Below, piece by piece: positions 10,421-19,900 of a stretch of DNA of 64,000 nucleotides (position 1 is its first letter; every line of letters begins with the position of its first letter). The position numbers were made by a program, and so were the translations under genes. Under the pieces are notes generated by a model. That model ran no database searches. It had not been told where the DNA came from and saw only the letters and a list, made by a program, of their open reading frames with translations. Source of the stretch: Thermoguttaceae bacterium (GTDB lineage Bacteria; Planctomycetota; Planctomycetia; Pirellulales; Thermoguttaceae); the NCBI GenBank assembly GCA_017403345.1, contig JAFQOH010000025.1, forward strand, positions 25,602 to 89,601, written 5' to 3'.

Positions 10421-10644
10421 TGGGAGGCGGCGCGTCTCGCGTCGCTTTTGGGAGGCGGCGCGTCTCGCGTCGCTTTTGGGAGACGGCGCGTCTCGCGTCG
10501 CTTTTGGGAGACGGCGCGTCTCGCGTCGCTTTGGGGAGGCGGCACGTCTCGCGTTGCTTTTGGGAGACGGCGCGTCTCGCATCGCTTTTGGGAGACGGCG
10601 CGTCTCGCGTCGCTTTTGGGAGGCGGCGCGTCTCGCGTCGCTTC
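10421..10644. repeat. Non-coding tandem array, 28-bp unit x 8
   Basis: Unit tgggagRcggcgcgtctcgcgtcgcttt starts at 10421, 10449, 10477, 10505, 10532/3, 10561, 10589 and 10617. The period is not a multiple of 3. Each unit contains the inverted repeat gagacg-gcg-cgtctc. There are no spacers. Confidence 0.9.
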
Positions 10645-10689
10645 TCAAGAAATTCCTCTCCCTCGGAGGGGCGGCGAGCGAAGCGAGAC

Positions 10690-10757
10690 GGGGTGGTTTG
10701 GGATACTCGGCATATCAAACCACCCCGCCCCTGCGGGGCACCCCTCCAAGGGAGGGG
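10690..10757. repeat. Three consecutive GC-rich hairpins next to the 28-bp array
   Basis: ggggtggtttg(15 nt)caaaccacccc, then gcccc-tgc-ggggc, then cccctcc-aag-ggagggg. Confidence 0.6.
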
Positions 10758-10840
10758 AATTTTCGCCGGATCGCTGCGCGCTGTGTCGTCTGCCGCGCGG
10801 GCGGCAGCCGCCTCGCGCTGCCGACGCCCCTGCGCTACGC

Positions 10841-11743
10841 TTATTTCCCTGGAGCTGGATCTGCCAGAACTATGCGGAAGCCCAAGAAGTAGTAACGATG
10901 GACCGGTACGCTGTAGTTCCGGTACGCGGAGCGGCAGTACTCGGCGTCGTCGTACCAGCTGCCGCCGCGGTTGACTCGGAACGAGCCACTATTTTCATCT
11001 TTCCAGTTGCACGGGTCGCTCGATGACGACCTGACGTAAAAGTCTTTCTCGTACACGTCCAAGCACCATTCCCAAACATTCCCGTGCATGTCGTAAAGGC
11101 CCCAGGCATTCTTGGCATAACTCTTCACCGGCGTCGTTCTGCTCAAATACGGACCTTTCGCCGAGGTGCCGTAAGGATAGTTGCCGTCACAGTTTGCCTC
11201 TCGGCCGTTCAGACTATCGCCAAACGAATACGCCGTACGCGTACCCGCTCGGCACGCATACTCCCACTGAGCCTCAGTTGGGAGATCCACTTTCATATTA
11301 AGTTTGCTGGACAGTGCCTTGCAGAATTCCCTGCATTCATGCCAACTCACTCTCTCCACCGGAAGATCATCCCCGATAAAACAGCTCGAGTCGCGTTTCT
11401 GCACTTTCAGGCTCTTCCACATCGCCTGCGTCACTTCCGTCTCAAGCATCCAGAAACCCTTCGTCAGCGTCACGCTGTGCGGTTTCTCATCGGATCCAGT
11501 ACCCCCCATCGTGAACGTCCCCGCAGGGCACCACCGGAAAGCGTACTCGATGCCGTCCGCCGTCTTTACCATACGGTCGCCGGCTTTACGGGCCGTCCCG
11601 GAATCTTCCGGCTTGATCTCCGCCCCTTCGCACGCAATTTTCCCTGATCCTTCAATGACGAACTCCGGATAGCTATGTTCCCTCGCCGCGGCAGTTAGAA
11701 CAAACAAAAAAAGAAACAGGAACACAAACAGAATACGTTTCAT
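10841..11743 (-). CDS. Secreted formylglycine-generating-enzyme (SUMF1/FGE-sulfatase) domain protein
   Basis: Signal peptide MKRILFVFLFLFLFVLTAAA. FGE-domain motifs HSVTLTKGFWMLETEVTQAMW, PVERVSWHECREFC, LPTEAQWEYACRAGT, YDMHGNVWEWCLD, RVNRGGSWYDDAEYCRSAYR. Confidence 0.85.
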   Translation of the reverse strand: MKRILFVFLFLFLFVLTAAAREHSYPEFVIEGSGKIACEGAEIKPEDSGTARKAGDRMVKTADGIEYAFRWCPAGTFTMGGTGSDEKPHSVTLTKGFWMLETEVTQAMWKSLKVQKRDSSCFIGDDLPVERVSWHECREFCKALSSKLNMKVDLPTEAQWEYACRAGTRTAYSFGDSLNGREANCDGNYPYGTSAKGPYLSRTTPVKSYAKNAWGLYDMHGNVWEWCLDVYEKDFYVRSSSSDPCNWKDENSGSFRVNRGGSWYDDAEYCRSAYRNYSVPVHRYYFLGFRIVLADPAPGK

Positions 11744-12033
11744 GAATTTCCTCCTGATTTTCAATGGATAATAAAATCTGATGGTATGTGCATGATACAC
11801 CAGAAATAGAATTCTGTCAAGGGATACATAGAGGATGTTTTATTAAGAAATAAAAACAATTCCCAAAAAATAATATTATTTTCTTCTTTTGACGTCTGTG
11901 CCGGTTACTGGCACAGTGTCCATTTCCGCAAGGGAATAAAAAAAGACCTCACGCTGTTGAGTTTCACAGCATGAGGCCTTTTCCGCATGATCCATAGCCA
12001 CGGAGCGCGGCAGACTCTAAAAACGGACTTGGG

Positions 12034-13569
12034 TCAGATCTTGAACATCGAGCAGATCATGAACACGTGGGAATCGACGGTCCGGACGCCAACGTATTCC
12101 GTCTCGAAGTACTGGTACTCAAAGCCGAGGTTGAGCGATTTCGTCAGGTCGCGCGAAATATTCGTGTAGATGAAATGGTTTTTGCCCTTCATTCCCTGAC
12201 AGAGGGTCGAATTCCACGGATCGTCGATCGAGTAGCCGATCGAGTAGTGCAGTTCCGGCGTGATGTCCCACCCGAACGCGAACCAGCCGCCGGTCGAACC
12301 GACATTTTCGCGCGTCTGCGTGTTCAGATCCTGCATGATGCCGGCACAGTTGACCGCGTGAAGTTCCCCGGTGAAAAATTCCCCAAGGAAGAAGAACCGG
12401 TCGGTGAACTGGATCTTCGTATCTGCGGTGAATGCCCAGGAAGTCCGATGAAATTCGTCTCCCTGCATGACGTACTCTTTGTCGCCGATCTTCGCTCCGA
12501 CCGCGAAAAGTGCGCTTTTCCAAAGGTCGTTTTTCGTGAAAGTCCGCTCAAATCGGAGCTGAAATTCCGGGTAGCGTCCCATTTTTCCCTGGTAGGCGAG
12601 GCCGTTGGCGTCGGTGAAATTCGAGGTACTCGAACTCAAAATGCACGTCTGAATGGCAAACCGGCCGTTATGCTGCTTGAAGTATCGGTCGAAACGGACC
12701 ATGGGACGCCGGAAACCGAAGTTTCCGCCTCCGGCACCGAATCCCCAGTTCAAAACCGTGGGGTAGAACGGGCTGAGCAGTTCCCAGGTCTGCCCCATAA
12801 GAAACATGAATTCGTCGCTCTGCAGCTGAATGTACGCCTTGCGCAGCTCCACGTCCGCCTCGTTCTCAAAGACGTACGTGTTCTGAAAATCCATCTCAAA
12901 AACGCCCGTCGCCCGAACTCCCGGCATACTCGCGATCTCCGGCGCCGTCACGTTCAGCCCAAGACGAGTCGATTTCATGTCGAAATACGTGTGGCTCCGA
13001 TCCTCATTCTTGACCCAGATGGGGTAGTCGCCCGGATAGAGCGAGTTGGTCTCGTGCGTTCCCGTCAGCCAAAACCAGACGTAAGGAGTAAACGTAAACG
13101 CATCTTTGTTCCACTGCCAATTCTTGTAGCGCGCAAGCTCCGCCTCAAGGTCGTCCTGCGCCATGTTCAGCATGATGGAATCGTAATCGCTCACGACAGA
13201 AACGAGCCGATCTTTTTTTTCTAGATCCAGAACAGGCAGAGACGGCAAGGTTTCTGGATCCAGTCCCTCCTTCACATCTGTCGCAGAACCAGTATCAGAA
13301 GAGCCAGCCTCAGCCAAAACAGAAGAGGAAGGAAGTTCGTACGGTACAGGCGAGGCCCCCGCAGAGGTTTCCATCTGCGCTTCTGCGATCTGCTGACGCA
13401 GCGTTTCGTTCTCTCTCTCCATTTGTTCCAGACGCTTCCCAAACTCCTCCACGGTCATCTGGCCCGCACAGGGCGAAAAATTTCCCAGAGCGCAAATGAG
13501 CGTTCCGAAACAGAGGGTCTTCCAAATTTTTCGATCAAAAAAATGAATCTGTTTCACGGTGAATTCCAT
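12034..13569 (-). CDS. Putative outer-membrane beta-barrel (porin-like) protein with N-terminal coiled coil
   Basis: Signal-like N-terminus, coiled-coil EEFGKRLEQMERENETLRQQIAEAQ, then ~380 aa of alternating aromatic/Gly-rich beta-strand-like segments. The family is not identifiable by eye. Confidence 0.45.
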   Translation of the reverse strand: MEFTVKQIHFFDRKIWKTLCFGTLICALGNFSPCAGQMTVEEFGKRLEQMERENETLRQQIAEAQMETSAGASPVPYELPSSSVLAEAGSSDTGSATDVKEGLDPETLPSLPVLDLEKKDRLVSVVSDYDSIMLNMAQDDLEAELARYKNWQWNKDAFTFTPYVWFWLTGTHETNSLYPGDYPIWVKNEDRSHTYFDMKSTRLGLNVTAPEIASMPGVRATGVFEMDFQNTYVFENEADVELRKAYIQLQSDEFMFLMGQTWELLSPFYPTVLNWGFGAGGGNFGFRRPMVRFDRYFKQHNGRFAIQTCILSSSTSNFTDANGLAYQGKMGRYPEFQLRFERTFTKNDLWKSALFAVGAKIGDKEYVMQGDEFHRTSWAFTADTKIQFTDRFFFLGEFFTGELHAVNCAGIMQDLNTQTRENVGSTGGWFAFGWDITPELHYSIGYSIDDPWNSTLCQGMKGKNHFIYTNISRDLTKSLNLGFEYQYFETEYVGVRTVDSHVFMICSMFKI

Positions 13570-14371
13570 TACCGTTTCCGTTTCCTGAAGATCCGGTCCA
13601 TCCTCAGGAAGTAAACAGGAATCAAGTCACAGTCCAAAATCCTACGAACAGAATTATGTCTGAAATTTTATTAACTTGGTCTTGCCTTTCTGTACCGTAG
13701 AAAGAAAACCACGCATTCCCATTTTCGGTAGGAAGGAAAGTTCTACTTAAAGGAAAATTTATATTTAAGTAAAGATTTCCGGATTTGTGTTTTAAAACGA
13801 AATTAAAAGATTTTCACGCTGCTTGAAATAAAAAAGCAAAAGTTTTCCCATTTTTTTTATTTTACCATTTGCAAATGGTCATTTTGTATGATAAAATAAA
13901 TTAGGTAAAGATTTCCAGTTGCGGAAATTTTGGAAGATTTCTTATCCTTGAGGAAAAAAGGAAAGATCCTCTTCCTTCAAACGACGCCAAGTCCCAGAAA
14001 CGTCATACGCATCAATTGCGGCAGAAATGGTCAAAAATCGCGTTAGGGATTTTGAAAAGTTTGAAATTTTAAAGAAATTGAAACTTTTTTTGGGAAATTT
14101 GGCAAAAATTTGAAAAAAAGCCGCAACATGGAACGCTGGGGGGTTGAAGAAAAATCTTCAACCTGATAGAATGAAAGGAATGGTTTTCTTTCCGAGCACG
14201 TTCTGGCGGTTTGGAAAGGTGTTGCCGAAAGTGATCTCGGCAGTACTGCCCACTGACGCCAAAGCAATGCTCGCACAAAGAAGCACAGTTTTGAGGCGCG
14301 CGTCCGTATCGGCAGGAACACGCTCCGGGCAGGATGTCTTAAGGCCTCATGAATGCAGGGACAGGCAGATT

Positions 14372-17300
14372 ATGAAGGGATTGAATTCATTTTTAGCGCG
14401 GCGTGACCGGAGTGCGGATTTCCGGTTTGATTTCACGTTTCCGGCAATGATTTTGTCCGTGATTTTCGCGATTTCCGTAACGATCCACCACTTTCCGGGA
14501 TCCCCGAATCCCGTACATGGTGAAGATATGCTTGCAGCAGATGCGGAATTCAACGGCAACATGGCGCTGACGACCGGCGGCGAGTACGAGATCGCTCGGG
14601 ACGGCTGGGAAGAATTCCTTCGAAAGTATCCCGAAAACAGTCAGCGGAGCTATGCGGAATACTACCTCGCATACTGTCAGATGAAGACGGGAGAGTATGC
14701 CGAAGCGGAAAAGAAGTTCCAAAAGATCCTGGCAGAAGGAGAATTTCCCAATCAGGATGAAGCGGTTCTTTTTCTTGGCATGACGTTCCTGAAACATGCC
14801 GTATCGCTTCCGATCCAGCAGACGGGGAGCCGCCGCGGGACAGTCAATACGGTAGCAGACAGAACTTACGCCATCACGCCGGAAGCTGCTGCACTCTGCC
14901 GAATGGCGATCCAGCAGTTTCAGACGATCCGCGTCTCTTTCCCGGACAGCACGTACCGGATGGATGCCTCCTATCAGGAAGCGCTGACGTACATTCAGCT
15001 CGGAAATTACGAAAATGCGCTCGGGGACCTGAAACTGGTCGTCGCAACACAGCATTTTGAAGAACAGGATAATGCGCTCTATACGCTGAGTGAAGTTTAC
15101 CTCAATCTCCAGCAGCCGGACGAGAAAAGCGCGATGGTGACGCTCCAGACGCTCATTGCGCGTGATCCGGAAACGACGTTGAAGCTCAAGGCGCAGCGTC
15201 TTCTCGGAGACATTTACTTCCGGCTCGGAGACTACGCACTTGCGTCGGAACTGTTTGCCGAGATTTGGAGTTCAGAAGCCTACGCTCCCCTGCTCAAGAC
15301 GAAAAAAGGAAACGTTCCTCCGGTGAACCTTGCGTTTTTCTGTTACCGCACGGCAGAAACGCACGTGAAAATGGAGCGTTACGAGGAAGCGGTCGAAATG
15401 TTTGGCCGGGTCGTCGAAGAATTTCCGAAAAGCACCGTCTATTTGCACGCGTGCTATCAGAAAGCGCTCGCGATGAAGAAATTCAATGAAAATCTTCCCG
15501 AAGGCGCAGAAGCATTCGAAACGGAAGAGTACCAGAAGCTCTGGGAATACACCGTTCAGGAATCGGACAGCAAGAAAGACCGTACGCTGCGAAATCACGC
15601 GATCCATCAGCTCGTCCTGCTCCATCTCCGAAATGAAGCGCCGAAACTCGCGCTGGAGACGCTTGAGCAAGTCCCCGAAAAACAGCGGACCAAAATCTTG
15701 CTCCGCGACCAGGCAGATACACTGGCAGCTTGCGGTCGGATAGACGAAGCGGTCGCCATTTACCGACGGCTTTTCGGCCTGTACCAGAAACCCGACACGC
15801 TCATTCACGGGGCAGACGCAATGCTTCAGGCAGTGAGGCTCCGCACCGCAGAAGAAGATCATGCGGACGTCCTTCTCCTTTCGGAAGAAGTGATCCGCTG
15901 GGATGCCTTCACGCGTCTTCCGGAACGCCTGCAGATCGAGTTCCTTGAAGAAAATATGAAAGCGTTTTTCCGTTCCGGCAACTACGAAGAAGCACGCAAT
16001 TGCGGAAAACGGCTCTTGGAACGTTTTCCGGATTCGAAAGAACGTGACGAATGGCGGATCCTGACGGCACACGCCTACCTGCAGGCTAAACAGCACCTCA
16101 ACGGATTCCGTTTCATCAAAGGCTGTCTCACGTCCATAACGGAAGACTCGCTGGAATGCGTGGAACTTCGCCACATTCAGGGTATCTGTTACCGCGAGTA
16201 CGCACAGACGCGAAAAAGCCCGAAAAAAAGAGAACAGTATTTTCTAAATGCACAGTATGCCCTGACGGATGCCAAACAAACAGCCAAAAAAATGGAAAGG
16301 GAGTATGAGGCACTCAGTGTACTGTACTACGACCTGGCGCTGGTATATTTCCAGACGAAACAGTACGACAGATGCGTCAAAAACTTAAAATCCGCCCTAA
16401 AACGCTTCCCCGATTCCGACATCGCGCCGCAGCTGCTCTTCCTGAAGGGCCGATGCGAGATCGAAACGGATATGCTCGAGGATGCCGCAAAGACTTTTGA
16501 AAAATTCACGAAACGTTTCCCGGAAGATCCCAACTGCCCGGAAGCCGGTCTCCTGGCCTCGCAGTGCTTCCTGAAACTTGGGAAGACGGAAAAAGCCGTC
16601 AAGATCTCCAAAGCAATGGCGGCACGTTTTCCGAAATCGGACTACTCGGAGCGCGGCGCAAACGTTCAGGCGATCGCGGCCATGGAATCAAAGGACTTTG
16701 ATGCTGCGATCGACGCGTGGAACGTGATCCTTGAATCCGACGCCAAAGAATTTCAGGCACTGAAACCGGAAGCGAAGTACGAGATCGCCTGCTGTCTTTT
16801 CGAAAAAGAAGCGTACGCGGAAGCCGAAAAAGCGCTCCGTGAGCTTTTCGAAGAGTATCCGGAATGGGATTCCATGGAACGTGCTTACAATCAGCTGGTC
16901 CGTGTCCTCATGGCTCAGAAAAAACTCCAGGAGGCGCAGGATCTCTTGGCGGACATGCACGGAAAATTCCCTGAAAGTATCCTGCTGCGTTCACTGTACT
17001 TCCAGCTTGGGACCTACTGGTACGCGGAAGGAAAAATGCCTGAAGCCGAGCAGATGTTCCGCCGCGTCCTGAACGACACGCCGAAAGCTCCGGAAGACAT
17101 TGGAGATTTCCTGCACAGAAATGCCGAGCTGAAACTCGCGTGGTCGATTTTCAATCGCGGAGAGTACCAGGAAGCGGAAGCGTTCCTTCGTTCCCTCGAA
17201 CTGGAACCGGAGCTGAAATCGGAACCAAGATCGAAGCAGTCGGCAGAAGAAAAAGAAGAGATCCTCGCAAACCGGGCGGAACTGCGCTACCTGCTGGGAA

Positions 17301-17872
17301 TGACGCACTACTTTTTGCGTAACCCAAGTCAGGCGCTCAAGGAACTCCATGAGGTCCGAAAAGACGGTGTCCTGAAAAAAGTCTTCGCAGAAAATGCGCT
17401 GGAAATGTGCATCCAGATCTACGAAGAAGCCAGCGAATGGGAGTCCGTGCTCGAATACGGTGCCGAATTCTGCTCACTTTACCCGCAGGCCGCCGGCTGT
17501 CTGCGAACGAATTTCAAAATCGCGAAAGCACTTTTCCATCTCCAGAAAATGGAAGAAGCTCTCGCAAAATGCGATGAAGTCATCGCCGCAAACGATCCGA
17601 TCTTCACGCACCAGACGCTTTTCCTGAAGGGGGAGATCCTCTTCGCACAAAAGCAGTACCAGAAAGCCATTCAGATCTTCTACCAGGTGATCTACGGAGT
17701 AGAAGACGAGAAACTGCAGGCAGATGCCATGTTTGAGACGGCGCAATGTTTCGAAGCTATCGGGAAAAAAGATAAAGCGCTGACTCACTACAGGGAGCTG
17801 CTTCAGAAGTTCCCCAAATACGAAAAAGCCAAGCTGATCCGGCGAAAAATGAAGAAACTTCATGAAAAATGA
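14372..17872 (+). CDS. Large membrane-anchored TPR-repeat protein
   Basis: Start set at ATG 14372 (MKGLNSF...) ahead of the TM FPAMILSVIFAISVTIHHF. There are >20 TPR-like units (EYYLAYCQMKTGEYAEAEKKFQKIL, YQEALTYIQLGNYENALGDL, LFLKGEILFAQKQYQKAIQIF). It lies directly upstream of ExbB/ExbD. Confidence 0.8.
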   Translation: MKGLNSFLARRDRSADFRFDFTFPAMILSVIFAISVTIHHFPGSPNPVHGEDMLAADAEFNGNMALTTGGEYEIARDGWEEFLRKYPENSQRSYAEYYLAYCQMKTGEYAEAEKKFQKILAEGEFPNQDEAVLFLGMTFLKHAVSLPIQQTGSRRGTVNTVADRTYAITPEAAALCRMAIQQFQTIRVSFPDSTYRMDASYQEALTYIQLGNYENALGDLKLVVATQHFEEQDNALYTLSEVYLNLQQPDEKSAMVTLQTLIARDPETTLKLKAQRLLGDIYFRLGDYALASELFAEIWSSEAYAPLLKTKKGNVPPVNLAFFCYRTAETHVKMERYEEAVEMFGRVVEEFPKSTVYLHACYQKALAMKKFNENLPEGAEAFETEEYQKLWEYTVQESDSKKDRTLRNHAIHQLVLLHLRNEAPKLALETLEQVPEKQRTKILLRDQADTLAACGRIDEAVAIYRRLFGLYQKPDTLIHGADAMLQAVRLRTAEEDHADVLLLSEEVIRWDAFTRLPERLQIEFLEENMKAFFRSGNYEEARNCGKRLLERFPDSKERDEWRILTAHAYLQAKQHLNGFRFIKGCLTSITEDSLECVELRHIQGICYREYAQTRKSPKKREQYFLNAQYALTDAKQTAKKMEREYEALSVLYYDLALVYFQTKQYDRCVKNLKSALKRFPDSDIAPQLLFLKGRCEIETDMLEDAAKTFEKFTKRFPEDPNCPEAGLLASQCFLKLGKTEKAVKISKAMAARFPKSDYSERGANVQAIAAMESKDFDAAIDAWNVILESDAKEFQALKPEAKYEIACCLFEKEAYAEAEKALRELFEEYPEWDSMERAYNQLVRVLMAQKKLQEAQDLLADMHGKFPESILLRSLYFQLGTYWYAEGKMPEAEQMFRRVLNDTPKAPEDIGDFLHRNAELKLAWSIFNRGEYQEAEAFLRSLELEPELKSEPRSKQSAEEKEEILANRAELRYLLGMTHYFLRNPSQALKELHEVRKDGVLKKVFAENALEMCIQIYEEASEWESVLEYGAEFCSLYPQAAGCLRTNFKIAKALFHLQKMEEALAKCDEVIAANDPIFTHQTLFLKGEILFAQKQYQKAIQIFYQVIYGVEDEKLQADAMFETAQCFEAIGKKDKALTHYRELLQKFPKYEKAKLIRRKMKKLHEK

Positions 17873-18067
17873 AGAAACTTCATGAGGAAACTTCATGAAA
17901 ACAAAACTGAGTAACGCAGAAGTAGATCGTGTTCGGGGACGAAACATGATCTGCTTTTGCACACTCGGACTGCACCGCTGCTCCGAAATCGGATGCCGTT
18001 CGATGCGGTCCGGATCCATGAATGAGTTTAAGTTCCAAAAAGTTTTTTCCTGATTTCAGGTGGAAAA

Positions 18068-19207
18068 ATGAAAAAGATAAAATTCATGTGCGCGTTCCTT
18101 CTTCTAGCAACTGGATGGAGCCTCAACGCACTCATTTCGGAAAATATCGCAGCAGAAGAACAGAACGCGGCAGTCACTGCGGAAACGGAAACGGCGGCGG
18201 AAACAGACGCAAACGCGGAAACGGCAGCGGAAACAGACGCAAATGCAGAAACGGCGGCGGAAACAGACGCAAACGCGGAAACGGCGGCGGAAACAGACGC
18301 AAACGCAGAAACGGCGGCGGAAACAGACGCAAATGCAGAAACGGCGGCGGAAACAGACGCAAACGCAGAAACGGCGGCGGAAACGGACGCAAATGCAGAA
18401 ACGGCGGCGGAAACGGACGCAAACGCGGAAACGGAAACCGACGTGAATGCTGGAGCCGCAGAGGTTCAAGAAAGTTCTCCTATGGGTGACGAGGAAAAAA
18501 CGGGCTTTGCCGGACTTGAGAAAAAGCTGCTCTCGGCATGGGAATTGACCGTTCGCGGCGGCGTGCTGATGATTCCGATCGGCTTCATGTCGATCTTGGT
18601 CATCGCGATCGGACTGGAGCGTTTGTTGGCGCTTCGACGCGGTGCAGTACTTCCCAAGCGTCTTCTGCGTAATGTGGAATCGCAAATCATCTCCAAAGCA
18701 GATCCCCGTGCGATCTATGCGCACTGCTGCCGGAACCGGAGTGCGCTTTCCCGTGTGATGCAGGCAGCGCTTTTCAAAAGCGGACGCCCGATGAATGAAG
18801 TCCAGAGTGCCCTTGAGAGTGCCAAAGAAAACGAAGCGAACCGACTCTATGCTCCCGTTCGTCTTCTGGTGCTCGCAGCAGCAGTAACGCCGCTGATCGG
18901 TCTTCTCGGCACCGTGGTCGGGATGATCGAGGCATTCATGGCGACGGCTTCAAGTGTTGGAGTCCACAAAGCAGAAATGCTCTCGCAAGGCATTTACACG
19001 GCATTGGTAACGACGTGTGCCGGTCTCGCAGTCGCGATCCCCGCCGCGATCCTAGCACACTGGTACGAAGGTAAGATCCAGAAACTTTTCTATCAGATGG
19101 ACCAGAAACTCGTGAATTTCACGACGTACATCGAAGGGCTGGAGGGCAAAACGCGTCTGACGCCCACACATTTCCAAAACTACGTCAAACAGAAGAACCA
19201 GAAATAA
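18068..19207 (+). CDS. MotA/TolQ/ExbB-family proton channel with N-terminal acidic decapeptide repeats
   Basis: C-terminal half has family motifs (GGVLMIPIGFMSILVIAIGLER, TPLIGLLGTVVGMIEAF, ALVTTCAGLAVAIPA). N-terminus has a signal peptide plus 8 x AAETDANAET. Confidence 0.85.
   Translation: MKKIKFMCAFLLLATGWSLNALISENIAAEEQNAAVTAETETAAETDANAETAAETDANAETAAETDANAETAAETDANAETAAETDANAETAAETDANAETAAETDANAETAAETDANAETETDVNAGAAEVQESSPMGDEEKTGFAGLEKKLLSAWELTVRGGVLMIPIGFMSILVIAIGLERLLALRRGAVLPKRLLRNVESQIISKADPRAIYAHCCRNRSALSRVMQAALFKSGRPMNEVQSALESAKENEANRLYAPVRLLVLAAAVTPLIGLLGTVVGMIEAFMATASSVGVHKAEMLSQGIYTALVTTCAGLAVAIPAAILAHWYEGKIQKLFYQMDQKLVNFTTYIEGLEGKTRLTPTHFQNYVKQKNQK
18185..18430 (+). repeat. 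In-frame 30-bp tandem repeat x 8 inside the ExbB-like gene
   Basis: gaaacggcggcggaaacRgacgcaaaYgcR is repeated eight times and encodes (AAETDANAET)8. Confidence 0.9.
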
Positions 19208-19219
19208 GCAGGTGATTCC

Positions 19220-19627
19220 ATGGCAGTAAAGATCCGAAAAGGAAACGCTCTAGCCAGCCTGAGCATTACGCCGCTGATCGACGTCGTGTTCCTGCTGCTC
19301 ATTTTCTTCCTCGTCGCAACGAAATTTGACGAGGAAGACTCCAGCCTGGACATTCAGCTTCCGCAGGCAACGGAGTCCGTGCCGATATGGTCTCAGCCAA
19401 AATCGCTGGTCATCAATATCACGCGGAACGGCGAATATTTTATCGCAGGCGTCAAGCGAACTGGACCTGAAATGGAAACGCTCCTTCGAGGTGCGTGGGA
19501 AAAACCGGAAGATTCCTCCATCGTCATTCGCGGCGATGAACGTGCACCATTTGGCGCGATCGTCGGAGCGGTAGACCTTTGCCAGAGGCTGGAATTAAAC
19601 TACTCGACCATCACTCGGGAAGAGTAA
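19220..19627 (+). CDS. ExbD/TolR-family biopolymer transport protein
   Basis: 135 aa. SITPLIDVVFLLLIFFLVAT TM signature and a periplasmic domain (VVIRGDERAPFGAIVGAVDLC). It starts 13 nt after the ExbB-like gene. Confidence 0.85.
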   Translation: MAVKIRKGNALASLSITPLIDVVFLLLIFFLVATKFDEEDSSLDIQLPQATESVPIWSQPKSLVINITRNGEYFIAGVKRTGPEMETLLRGAWEKPEDSSIVIRGDERAPFGAIVGAVDLCQRLELNYSTITREE

Positions 19628-19640
19628 CTTTCTGCATTTC

Positions 19641-19755
19641 CAGTCAGGTCGGTTTCCCAGTCAGGTCGGTTTCCCAGTCAGGTCGGTTTCCCAGTCAGGT
19701 CGGTTTCCCGGTCAGGTCGGTTTCCCGGTCAGGTCGGTTTCCCGGTCAGGTCCCG
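19641..19755. repeat. Non-coding 17-bp tandem repeat, ~6.5 copies
   Basis: cRgtcaggtcggtttcc starts at 19641, 19658, 19675, 19692, 19709, 19726 and 19743 (partial). The first four copies have cag and the last three cgg. Period 17 is not divisible by 3. It lies between exbD-like and the next gene. Confidence 0.9.
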
Positions 19756-19900
19756 CAGAGGTTCGAGCCGTTCATTCAAATAGTACACACAAAAAATAGG
19801 AACCTGCAGAGTTCAAGGTACCTGCAGGCGATCAGGGAGAGACCGGAGCTTTCCCTGTCCCCAAACGTCAGATTTCAAAAATCCAAAGGAAGGTTTCAAA

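Noticed and set aside
10421-10644. Possible CRISPR array (28-bp repeats)
   Set aside because: The repeats are directly abutting with no spacers, the array is short, and no cas genes are nearby.
10183-11026. Several overlapping ORFs (263, 266, 138, 123, 82 aa) with RRRVSRRFWETARLASLLG-type repeats
   Set aside because: They are created by reading through the 28-bp tandem array. Because 28 is not a multiple of 3, all frames cycle through the same text. There are no start context, RBS or domains.
18022-18724. ORFs with RRKRGNGGGN / FRRRFCICVC repeats overlapping the start of the ExbB-like gene
   Set aside because: These are alternative and antisense frames of the 30-bp coding repeat. Only the AAETDANAET frame continues into a conserved ExbB/TolQ domain.
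19745-19775. tRNA-like GGTTCGAGCC motif after the 17-bp repeat
   Set aside because: No complementary T-stem, acceptor stem or anticodon arm could be built around it. No tRNA was found anywhere in the window.
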